Source of the DNA: Bugula neritina
Lineage: Eukaryota; Animalia; Bryozoa
NCBI GenBank assembly: GCA_964035545.1
Contig: OZ037766.1
Coordinates: forward strand, 2,852,001 to 2,916,000
Length of the DNA stretch: 64,000 nt
Direction: 5' to 3'
Part shown: positions 30,601-64,000 of the stretch, piece after piece
How positions within the stretch are numbered: position 1 is the first letter of the stretch
How the letters are laid out: each line of letters opens with the position of its first letter
Program-made: the position numbers and the translations under genes
The notes under the pieces: generated by a model
What the model was told of the DNA's origin: nothing
Databases searched by the model: none
What the model saw: the letters and a program-made list of their open reading frames with translations, nothing else

Positions 30601-31709
30601 ATCATTATGTACCAGTCAAAATTAGTATGGCATTAACTATAATAATGACCATAAATAGGAAGTAATTATGAATATCAGTACCACTACTAGTTCAGTAGTT
30701 GTTTAAGTATTGACATTTGTATTACTATTAGTACTAGTATTATTTACCGAACCCTGTAGGCTTTATATATAACTATTGGACATTTAGTTTTGCATTGGCT
30801 TTAGAATTAATAATCCTGTTGCTGATAGTATTCAGAGTATTGGCTGTCATTAACTTTAATTGGTGGATAAGTATAAACAATTACAGTTTGGTTGCAATAT
30901 AGTGATTGGTCATTTGCTATCAGTATACCCATCACTGCTGAAGTGTTTTAGTTTTAAATTTCAGTCTTGGATTATTGTCTACTAAAAAGCTGCTGTAATC
31001 TTCATAATGTGAATATAGTTATCATTGTGATAAGTTTAATTCTATTTGCTATAAATTGATGTTTCAATGTATTTCATATTTGGGTTTAAGTAATTTAATA
31101 ATAAAATAATATTCATTTATATTATCATAATAATTATCAAATAACATGAATTGTAAGTTTATTGTTCATTGAGTGGAAAGTGTTATCTATGTTTACATAT
31201 TTCTTGTACTAGCCTCAAATTGACACTGGGGTATGATCTCAGATATCCATCATAATCTAATTCTAGAAGTAAATGTGTAGCCTAACTGCTGTATATGTTT
31301 TAAATTAGTCTATCTAATATAAATATCGATAAGTCGAAGTTTCAGTATGAATAAGAGTATGAAAACTTTACATTTACTTCAAACTTACAATTTCTCTCAC
31401 TGTTACTTTAGTCTATGCAGTACTAACTATAGTAGTTGTACATATAATACTAGTAGTTACTAGTTAGCATAATAAAACTGCTGGTGTGACCAGATAGAAT
31501 ATAAGATATTGATAAATGGAACAACGTTCCAAATTAACCATCGTTATGTAATCATAGTTGCTCATCATCTTAAGCAGTATGATTATTCAGATATTCATAT
31601 ATCTATATTCCTGGCTAGCTCATGTTTATATTTACATTGGCCTATCAAAGTCATAACATAAAAGCAATGAAAACCTTCTGTAACTTTTTTATTCATGTAA
31701 ATTTTAAGC

Positions 31710-31930
31710 TTACTCAGTCACCTACTCAGTCACCTACTCAGTCAGTCACTCAGTCAGTTACTCAGTTAGTCGGTCAGTCAGTCACTCAATTAGTCAGTGA
31801 CCTACTCAGTCAGTTACTCAGTCACCTACTCAGTCACCTACTCAGTCAGTCACTCAGTTAGTTACTCAGTTAGTCAGTCACCTACTCAGTCACCTCCTCA
31901 GTCAGTCACTCAGTAAATCAGTCAGTCAGT
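31710..31930. repeat. (CAGT)-based 12-bp degenerate repeat (TACTCAGTCACC) upstream of ROCK
   Basis: Directly visible. Confidence 0.9.
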
Positions 31931-32254
31931 TTGTTATTCTGTGTATGCAGAACATTATTCTGTTGTGTAACATTATAAAAATGCTTAAAAAATTAAACAT
32001 CGCCCAATGAGTTGATAGAACACCCTTGGCAGTTCATTTAGAAATTCAACTTCTTAGCATAAACTTAATTAAAAAAACATGTGAAAATTTCATGATTTTT
32101 TATTTGCAGTAATAAACAGAATTAGCTCAACGTCTTGAACTTCTGATTGACCTTACTTATATTCAGCTCACAGAATGTGACTTCTATTCATGCAAGGGAG
32201 ATAAATCATAATAATTCGCCAATTTCTCTTCCTATTCACTCATCGGTCACCAAG

Positions 32255-53736
<21,482 letters not shown>

Positions 53737-55442
53737 AGGGTTAGAGTGGAGTGGCAAACCCTCTGCATTCCATAAGTTTTAAGTCAGCACCTGCTGTTGG
53801 AGCTCAACTGCCTTCCGCTGACGTCACCATGGAGGAAATCCTTTGGCTTCTCCCCAAATCTCACTTTGGCCTAGATGTCCTTTCTCCCCCCTAATCACGG
53901 GCTCTTTCTCTGGAAAGGGTTTCCTAAAGATTTCATGGCCTGTGATTCTATCACATGTCAGAACTTGTTCTCTCTGACACTTTATGTTATATTATTATCT
54001 TGTTTTTACTACGATTTCTTTCGGTCACTTTTACTTATTCATTATCTGAACTTGTGACATTAGTTTTAGCATATCAACTGATTTTCAACCAATATTTATG
54101 TCAAGTCTGGAACTGCTGCAACTTTTAGTACTGAAGCAACGTTATTTAATATCATTAGATGTTTATCATAACTGTTGAGGGCAATTTTCAAGAACCCATA
54201 TTAATTTTATGAACTATACTTACTACTGATATAGAAGTTTGTAGGCCTCTGTATATAATATACCACATGCAGCTAGAATGTCACGTCGGCTAGCCAATGT
54301 TTTGATTTAACTTAATTTAAATTTGTGTCAAGATTATTAAGATATTAATAAATGAGTCTTTCTGGATGATACTCTGGTGGCAATGGCACTTTTTGTACCC
54401 AACAAGCTAACGTTTTAGTTTGTTGCAGCATTTATAATGCAATAAATATTTCTCTTATATCAGTTCCAACATGTCTCTTAAATTTTTGAACATCCTGTTC
54501 TCTTGGCTGAGAGTTTAGAAATTGACTTCTTACCAATTGAGATAATCTCGCAAACCTGGTTCATATTTGAGCAGCTCAGCACTACATTCACAAGAGAGGT
54601 GAATTCTTAACCTGCAAAACTATACAACTTGGGTGATAATAATGTACTGCTAGCATTAACTTTATAAATCCTAATACTTGGTTGCTGTGGCTGTGATATA
54701 TAGACATCCTTTCTCTGCATACGACTTAGAAACTAAGCTATTACTCCATCTGTCCTACGCTTTATCAACATTTATTATTGTAATTTGTAGTCAATGCTTT
54801 ATTATTCCGGGCAGTTTGCCTTATTGAGCTAGGCAGAGAAGTTGAAGCAAATGTACATAGTCTGGGTTTTAGCATGCAGTCAACTGGCAACTGCCCAACA
54901 AAAAATCTAATTAAAGTTGTTTAAACGAGAAAATTTTAAACTCATTAAAAAGAGCTAGAACGAAATTTCATTTTATTTGGTTCCAAGTTTGTGATAAGCA
55001 ACAATATAAAATAGTAACTGCAATCAATCAACATCTGTCATGCAGCTACAATTTAATATGCATTTTGGGAATGGCTTTGAAGTGAAATATAATATTATAA
55101 GGAAGTGAATGTGAAATTGTAAAAATTATGAAACTTTTTGTGTAAGCTTGCATGTCTGTTAATGGGTAAATAAATATCTAAACAACCTGAGACTCTATGA
55201 AGCTATTGGGTGCTCACAAATGACCCCCAACCAAGCAATATTGATAGGGTTTTAGACTGAAGCTATGCATATGTTTATTAATACTTCACAGCTTTAGTTC
55301 TTGAATACAAAACAATCACTTTTTTATATTTTATTGGAGCACCACTGACTGCTTCCAGCATATGGAAATAGGCTATTTACTTAGCTTAGTTATTGCATTC
55401 GTGTGATTGGTAGAAAGATATTTAAGCCCTCAAAACTAAATG

Positions 55443-55504
55443 TATAAATACAGCAGCACACTAGCTAATAGTTACATTGATCTGCAACTCTAAAAAAGGT
55501 AAGC
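55443..55504 (+). promoter_or_regulatory. Putative TATA box and short non-coding first exon of the aminotransferase gene
   Basis: TATAAAT at 55443, reverse CCAAT (ATTGG) at about 55406, donor AAG|GTAAGC at 55499, and a matching acceptor at 55911-12 four nt before the ATG. Confidence 0.4.
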
Positions 55505-55916
55505 ATGCTATGACTTCCAGTATTTTATTTCAACTAAAAGATAGTAAAATTTTTTTACAATTATAGCTCTTCAATAAACAAGCTAAAATAAACAAGAATA
55601 TTTATAAGTTGATAATATAGAATAGATTCTTGTTTAGCAGATATGAAAACATTATTTTCTTTTTTTTTGACTTCAGCCTATTTTTAGTAAATTATAAAAG
55701 CCATTTTCTTTATAAGACAGACTAAATTATTTGTACATAAAAATTTAGCTGATTATATTGAATGAAAACTAGGATTTATGTGAAAGGAAGGTCAGGCTAT
55801 ACACACACATAAATACTCAGTCTATAGAAAAAGTCTTTGATCTGTACGATCTCTATAGAACTTTAGTAGTTGTTTTCTCTGCTAGCTGATTGAATCATCC
55901 TCTCTCATTTAGGAAA

Positions 55917-58900
55917 ATGAATGGTCACTACAGCAAATGTGATTTCTCCAACTACAAAAGAAAAGATCTTGCCAAGTATGGAAATGCTTCAAATCTCCAG
56001 CTAAATGAGAAAATTAAAGAGATGAAAAAAAGGGGAGAGAAAGTCTACCATGTGTCGTTTGGCCAGTCTCCATTTCCTCTGCCTGAAGAGATGGTGGAAG
56101 CTCTTAAAAAACATGCCCATCAGCTTGACTATCTCAGCATGTATGGTGAGTGTGACGATAAATATTTGACTACATAAATGATGTAGGTGTATGCTATATG
56201 TAAGTTCATCTAATTGGTGTATTTTCTTAGTAAGTATATGTACATAGATTGCAACTGGTAGAAGTGCTCTGTATAACATTTTCTAGTGCATACTGTATTT
56301 CGAGGATCCAAATGATATGCTTATATGATTATATTATGCTTTAATGTGTAGAATATATGATATGTACAATGCATGTCATATATGTAGAGAGTAATAATTA
56401 TGATGATAAGATATAATATGTGAGGTGCAATATTCATGGTAATATGGTAGTATATAAAGGGAGCAGCTGTGGTCTAAGGGTTAGAGTATTGGCTTAGTAA
56501 ACCTTAGGTCTTGGGTCTGATCTCCAGTAAAGGCCATTGGTGATGTTAGGAAGAGCATTCAGTCATAATTGCTCCTGTGCCACAATATAGATAATTAGTC
56601 TTTAGCACACTTAAAAAACACTTTCCATCAGAGGTTCTCACAGGGATAGTGACTATATACTTGCACGAGTTTGGTGATATATAACATGTAAAGTGTAATC
56701 TGTAGATTGTAGTATGATAATACATAACATGTAAAGTGTAATCTGTAGGAATAATTGAACTGAGGCAGGCCATCTGTAATCTCCACAGACAATTCCCAAC
56801 TAGTATACCAGCTGAGTATCTCAGCCCCGACAACATTGTGGTTACGGATGGTTCCAAGATGGCTCTGTACCTGCTCATGGCTCTCACAGACTCTGGTAAA
56901 CTTTTCTTTCATTTCTTTTGTAGTTGTGTTGTCATGTAACAGTTGAAAACTTTCTATAGTGTTTGTTCACGTAACAGGTGTGCATGTCACCCTTTGCCCT
57001 ACGGTTTTATTATACAATTTTTATATTTGCAAAGCACCTGCAAAATGGCACTCAACAACCTAACATACATGTTATTGACCTGCAAAAATTATGTATAGTA
57101 CAGGTAACATATATGTGAATGGCTTACAAGCTATGTAGAGCACGGGTAACATTCTGGACTTCCATGTCCAAAGAGTATTTATCCCTAGTGCCAAATCAGA
57201 AATTAAAACACAATAGAGTGTCAATCATAATCTGTGCCACCTATGTGAATGTAAAGAGGGGGCTATTATTTTGCTATTATATACTATTTCCCTTATACAA
57301 TATAGTGCAACAATAAATAGTACTACTAAACAGTAACTGAACTGCGTTTATGAACTAACATGTAAAACTCCTTAATGGTAATCCTCTTGTAAAATCCTGT
57401 TGTTACAATAGTTAAAGCGGCAAAGATTGCAAGGGACGATTGCAACATAAACTCTACAGTAATATTGTAGTTATTATTATAATAGCATTATGTACAATAT
57501 TATACCATGGTGTATTAATACCGGTACGGTCAGACATGGCGTACCGTTAGTACAATCTGCTGTTCAGTACGCGCGTTTCAGTTGACAACTTGATAAGTTA
57601 AGTGGAGTTCTTACTTGCTCGATGGGATTTTCCAAATTATGTAGCACGAGTTTAAACATAAATTTTCAGAGACACAGTCAATAGCACCCGCATATCATTA
57701 TTTTATTTACTAATTTATTTTACTGCCATTATAACCACTTCAATTTTGATCCATTTTCTACTTGCTGCTTTCAGCGTGATTTACCTTTGGCTGCTTTGTT
57801 CAAGAATTAGACACACTTAGTCTTACAGTATAAGCAAGCTTGTTATAGCATAAAGATTTTGCTGACAAGTTTTTTAGTAAAAAGTGAAAATTACTGTTTG
57901 AGCTACAGTCACAGTCACTCGCCAATCGCTCACTCTAAGCCCTGAAACTCTTTGCCATTAGAGTTACTCACTAACCTAAGAGTAAGTTACTGACTAGTGA
58001 GTGACTGTGAGACTGAGTGTGAAACTGAATTTTATTAATAGTAAAACCATTGGTGAAGGTAAAAGTAAAAACATAGTCAATCGAATAGTTATAAATGAAT
58101 GAAAGTCTTCATTTAAATTGTTGACTACGTCTACTGTAGCAGTCTTTGCATTTTAAATACCTAACTTGAAATATTCTAAAAATTAAAATAACTGAATTGC
58201 AAACTAGTAAATTTAAATTGTTTAGATTTTTTTATTATTTATGTAGATTTTTTAGAAGCGTCATGATTATTGAATTTATATATTATAATTCACTGTGTCA
58301 ATTATTTGATTATGATAATGAAACATTTAAGTATTATTCATAAAATTTCAAATAAGTTACCGGTTTTTAATTCATAGTTATATTGATATTTATAATGATT
58401 AGGATTATCACTTTAATTAAATTTAATTTAGCAGTGCATGCAAGATTAAGACAGTTATTTTCTATTAATTACTTAACATTTAGTTTGTATAGGCCTACAT
58501 GTATTAAAGCACAAAATGAAGACTGTGCTTCCAGAATAACTTTTGTTTTACTGTCCTTAATGTTAATGGTATAACAATATATTTCAAAGTTTCACAACGA
58601 AGCTCTGTATTTAATAAACATGGTTAAGTATTTAGAATGTTATTTGACATTTGTTTGGCTACCATACAAAAATGTAATGGTTAAGTAGGTGTATTTGTCA
58701 AAATGCATAAAGTCAATCAAGTTTCAGCTTTGATGCAGCTCATAAATTTGTATTTTGATATCTGCTAGAAATATTTCAAAATCTTACTTAAATACTTCCA
58801 TAACATTCATTGAATGTCAACATATAACATCAAAACATTGAACATCAAAAATAACGTTCTTTCTAATATTTTCTATACTGTCCCTCAAATAATTTTGTAG

Positions 58901-61900
58901 GTTAATACATTTTTGCATGCTTCAAATACCTGTTTCTCAACTTTATTATACTTCAGATTTTTAAGTGTTGGCATTCTCATAACTATATAAATGACATGCT
59001 GAACAGTAATCAAATATTCGCTTTGATTATATTGAATATTTATTTGACCTAGTAACTGTTTGAGTTAGTTGAGGAAATGGAGCACTAGTAACTGTTGCCA
59101 ATTTGTGGCTTCTATTTTGGTTTGCTTTCTTTTTGGAAAAATAAGTTGGCAATAGATTTCATAACAATTTTAATTACATTGAACCTATTTGATTTAAATA
59201 ATCCATGTGATATGGTTGATAATTTTAGTCTTTTCTTTAGTTTCTGTTTTTCAGTTTTACATTTCTGTGAGTGCTAATGAGTACATGAACTAATGCGATG
59301 CTATCAAAATGATGCTATCAAAACCTGAAGTTTAATTTAGAATGTGCTCCAAATGCTTTAACTTCAAAAATCAAATGGAAAAGTTTCAAAAGTAGGTAGG
59401 GACTCCACCACTTTTCCATCCCTCCCACATCCATCCATAAAGTTCTCTTCGTATGCCAGATTTACTCTTTAAAGCTCATTCAGTTTTCTACTCTAATAAT
59501 TTTCAGTTCATGCACTCTATCAATACTCGATAATCAATCATGAATCTCGATCTTCCTCACTATTTAGTGGCAGCAGGTAACGGGAGAAACTGTTTTCAGG
59601 AGGCAGCACTGTGAAATGACCTTTCAACTTTCCTAAGATCTATTAGTAGCTCTGTTTAAGAGGAAGTAGAGGCTTTTCCTGTTGGAAAAGCTGTTTTGGT
59701 TTGTGTTGCTTTCGGACAAAGTTGCTTTCAGCTTGTATATGAATAGCTAGGCTATAGTTCATTGGGCCTCGTCATCTCTTTCTTTGCATTTATAAAGTTT
59801 TTTTAATACTAAGTTAAAGAAATAAAACAAACAAGCTTTATATAAAATATTATGAAATAAAACAAACTAATTTTATGTAAGTCATGTACAATCTTATAAT
59901 ACACTTTATTTACAGCCATTGCCATATGTTAGTTACACTAATAATTATATAATAAATATAAAGTACTAGTATTGTTATATAACTTTTTATTCAACAGTTG
60001 TGGTGCTGGTGGCCCCTGCATGGGTGACCTATCATTCTCAAGTCACGTTGACTGGCAAAAAATCAATAGTCATACAAACAACTTACGAAGATGGGTGGAA
60101 GCTGACCCCCCACTCTCTAACGCAGGTAAATATGTTGAAATATTGGCTAAATGGTTTTTATCATCAGGCTTGTAGCTACATGTTTAATAAGTTATAGTTT
60201 TTATTATTTAACAGTTTTTGCTGTGTAGGCTAATACAAAACCCATTAAATTGCTAGTCTACAAACTTTTAATGTTTTTTTTTGTTGAAATTTATAAATTT
60301 AGCTTTTCAAGTTTTAGTGAAAAAATTGTAATATGCAATGGGAACGCCCTACAACTCACACTATAACCTTAAAATTTCTTGCAACGGTTTTATATTACAT
60401 CTTTGTATTGTTTGATTATATAGACCATTACAATGCAATTCATTACTATTTCAACATCAAACCGTTACCAGAATATTAGTGTAAGACCCGCAATAATTGT
60501 ACGACAACTTGTTTGCAATGCTCATGTCATAACTGGACTATGCAGTTATTTTTTAAGCCAACACTTGTAAAATTGATATAATATTTAGGAGGTTTATTGT
60601 GAATTTTTCCTCGAAGCAGAATCTTGAGTTAGAATGCAGTCAGATTTGAAGGAGAGTAAAAACCCTACCCTTTACTTTTGCAATGTTTACTTTACAGGCT
60701 ATTGAAAGACAAGCTCAGCCTTATGAGAATAAGCTAGTAATATTCACAAACCCAGGAAATCCTAGTATGTAGCAGTACTCGCTAATAGGTTTCATTTATC
60801 ATTGTGATATTCTAGTTATTTAGTACATGTTATTATCTCTAACTTTATATAGCTAACTACTAGCTACTATCTACTATCTACTATTGCAATGGAATTGAGA
60901 TTTTTAACTAATTTATCAAATTGCCAAGGGATGGAAGATTGTAGCTTTTGGTTTAGCTTGGGTCTGTCCGTGTATTGGTACGTGTTGGTTGGGGTGGCTG
61001 CGAAGTACCTCCAGCTCCTGTCTCAATCTATAGAGAGAATTGGGGTTTGGGTGGTGGTACTGTGCAGTTCCCAATAATTAATTTCTAGTATTTAATAAAT
61101 AATTTATTTTTTTTGTTTTATAAAACGTCTTCATAAATTTTTTTTGTTTAGTAATAGTTTTTCTTACAATTTACATCATTTCATATGCTGTGATATATTC
61201 ATTATTTGATACACGCTAGATCTACAATAATATACCGATACTGTGTTGATAGATGGACAAGTGTACACTGCGGAAGAGTTGAGAGATTTGGCCGAAGTTT
61301 TCAGGAAATACAAAATGATTGTCGTCAGCGATGAGATATATTCCTACTTGACGTATGATGATACTGAATACGTGTCACTATCTAAGGTACTTTAATCTTA
61401 TTGGTTATGCCTTAGTTGTATTAGGTTAATGTGACGGAGAGCAGAATTTTATACAGTCAGTTTTCATCTAATTAAATAATGCATCATTGCAGAATTTAAT
61501 GTTTTTAGTAATAATTTCTAGAAAGATAGCAATCTACTAAAGAAATAGTTGCTCCCAAGGCCTCGTTATAAAACTTGAAAAGATCTAATTTAATTAGAAA
61601 TTTGCAGTTTGCTGTGTTTTCAATGTTTCTAATGTGAATTTATATTAGATTAGTAGTTAGATATTGGATTAGTTTATTGATTTTATTACTTCAGTTCTAC
61701 CCAGAAGGCACAGTGATCACCACAGGCCTGTCTAAATGGGCAAGTGGGGGAGGATGGAGAATTGGATACGCCATGTTTCCACCAGAGTTGTCTTTCCTAA
61801 GGAATCTACTTGGTAGTGCTGCCAGTCACACCTTCACTTGTGCAGCCGCTCCTCAGCAGTACGCTGTTGCTGAAGTAGGTCAATTAAATGATTGGGTCTT

Positions 61901-63836
61901 ACTAAAGTAGGTCAAATAAAATAATTGGTTCTTACAAAAGTAAGTCAAATAGTAAGAACCTGTATGTGAATAAATCAGATAGCAGTCTGTTTCTCCTGAG
62001 TAATACTTGAAACAAGTAGTATAACTTGGCGCATAAGGCAGTAGCACTGGAAAAGTTCTACTGTTGAGCTCATATTAGAAAAAACATGGTTAAACTAGTT
62101 GCTTACTCTTTGGATCAAAGCCCTAATAAGAGCTGAAAACTCCCAATATGCCCGTCCTACAGCCTAGCGTGAGGTTAGGCCAATACAGTTCCAGATTACA
62201 CGTGACAACCTGCAACCACCTTGCATTCATTGTCTTCTCCACCAATACACATTTCACTAACACAACAATACTCAACTGTATGTACTAGATACCCATGACT
62301 ATACTTGAGAAGCAAATTTTTACGGTTTGTAAATTATTGTAGGTTATGATTCAGTCAGCACTCCTTTGCCGTTTTCAAAACGCTGCCTCAGATTATTTTC
62401 TTGTAAAATTTGTCCTCTATTGATTAGAAAAATGCTATAATAATATCTCCCAATGCTTTTACATATTGGTTTCACAGGGTCCACTTATGTAAAAATTACA
62501 ATAATAATTTTGTGTCGGATTTGTTTTTAGCAATTATTTAGATTAAATATCTCTTTTAGTATTTCAACAACCATGAAGCTTGTGCTGAATACATGAAGCA
62601 TTGCACTAGGATCTTACACGCTGTCGGCTTATTCTGTAGCAGGTAAGATTTCATACTGCAGCACCAACGCTATAATTATCCTTATATTACTTTAAGAAGA
62701 CAACTTCTAAATTGTATGTGTGTGTGCAATTTGTCAAAATATTGATACAATTCTATTTTTCTGCTGTTTGATGTTTGTTAGAAAGAAGCAAACTATAAGA
62801 GAACACATTTGATGAATTATCGCAATGCTTGAGTGTTTGAGGTTGTTTAGAATAAAAATTCAATACATTGCAGCTGACAGTTTCTATTTTCTATATTATA
62901 CAGGAAGTTGAGAGAAGCTGGTCTCAAAGTAAAAGACTCAAATGCTAGCTATTATATGTATCCTGATTTCTCTAACTTCCGAGACAAATTGGCTAAGAGA
63001 TCAATTTTCACTGCTGAAGAGATGTGTGCAGCTATGTTTACTGAAACAAAAGTTGCGGTAAGTGAAATGATCCGAAAAAACTTTGAATGTATGGATTAGC
63101 ATGCCAAATAATAGTGAAAACATTGATGTTTCATGTGCTACTATCATAAGCTTTAAAAAAAAAAGATGACCGATTGGTAAACTAACTGCCTGAAGGTCAA
63201 ATATTTACTAACATCACTCAAGTCTGCATACTGAACTTTTAAGCACTAGCTAGTTCTTAATCAGATTTAAGCTCTAGTCACCAATCTTTAGTAATCAAAC
63301 TAAAATTAAAACACACTGCAAAGCATTTCGTTCTCCTGATTCACAATCTCATTTTATATTTTGTTATTATACAACTTTATGCCAATCACTAGAAATTTAA
63401 CAACCAATCTCATATTTAGATAAAATAACTATTTTTTTCATAAAGGTCTGTGTGTCTTTGTTTATTATTGAAATTTGTTTCAGTTTTGAATGGCTAGCAA
63501 CTAGTCTACAGTGACACTGCAATTATAAAAACATCATCTAAACTAATATGTTCCGCAGTTAAAATATTATCTATTCCACTTTAAGCTTATTCAAGTACTT
63601 AAGATTGAATAATAATTAATTTAATTGAACTATATTATTTCATTGTTTAAATTTTGTAGCTGTTAGCTGGGGGTGTCACTCACTTAGATTCTCCCGAAAG
63701 CCTGACTGTCCAACTCTGTTACGTCAACTTTGATGGAAAAGCAGCGTTGGCAGCGAGTAGGAAAATTGGGTTCGCGACCAAGATTGGGGATGAGTTCGTG
63801 TTGAAGAACTGTGGCGCAACAGTGGAAGCTATTGAA
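55917..63836 (+). CDS. PLP-dependent class I/II aminotransferase (bacterial-type aspartate aminotransferase-like); 3' end lies beyond the window
   Basis: Phase-consistent exons 55917-56145, 56749-56895, 59998-60125, 60698-60764, 61253-61386, 61695-61874, 62560-62642, 62904-63057, 63660-63836 (ends at donor GTGAGT). Motifs FGQSPFP, YGIIELRQAI, DGSK, APAWVTY, NPGNPNG, VSDEIY, TGLSKWASGGGWRIG (PLP Lys), YYMYPDF, TVQLCYVNFDG. Confidence 0.92.
56460..56672 (+). mobile_element. tRNA-derived SINE, copy 3 (aminotransferase intron 1)
   Basis: A-box-like TGTGGTCTAAGGG head, with the same central and 3' blocks as the copies at 24.2 kb and 43.4 kb. Confidence 0.82.
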
Positions 63837-64000
63837 GTGAGTCCAGTCATAATATTCATTGTTACTAGCAGCAATATACAAGAAACGTATAAATGAGTTT
63901 AAGACGAGAGATTCAGATACTGTAAAATTTTATGTTTTGTACAAGAGTACTTTTTGAATGTGTTATTAATTAAAATCAGTTGGATAGATTTGTAAAGCCT

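Noticed and set aside
57500-59900. Possible transposon in the 3.1-kb aminotransferase intron (CpG-rich start near 57520)
   Set aside because: I could not find matching termini, a TSD or a coding remnant by eye.

Overview
AT-rich, intron-rich animal genomic DNA with canonical GT-AG introns; a marine invertebrate source is an inference from gene content. It is not prokaryotic, and most ORF-track entries are repeat artefacts or single exons. I reconstructed four spliced genes by hand, checking reading phase across every junction. (1) An uncharacterised minus-strand gene (CDS 21495->9121, 16 exons plus 1 optional, about 503-518 aa) built from repeated (D/Y)P(W/F)G(K/R)xGxGAP modules alternating with short charged helices, resembling CSPP1-type ciliary or microtubule proteins. 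(2) RNF11 on the minus strand (26731->23879, 3 exons, 162 aa). (3) A complete Rho-associated kinase ROCK on the plus strand (32255-53736, 32 exons, about 1383 aa), head-to-head with RNF11. (4) A bacterial-type class I/II PLP aminotransferase on the plus strand (55917 to beyond the window). Non-coding DNA holds a 30-bp minisatellite with an 855-bp higher-order repeat, a 2.84-kb TIR element between two (TA)n tracts, a Kolobok-like and a hAT-like MITE, three copies of a tRNA-derived SINE, and many intron-specific minisatellites, several of which duplicate a splice site. The most notable points are the CSPP1-like repeat protein, an Arg->Gln change at the aminotransferase carboxylate-binding site, splice-site-seeded tandem repeats (one carrying the exact U1 snRNA 5' end), and non-canonical ROCK residues (Thr before DFG; Asp in the Rho-binding AVNKL motif).
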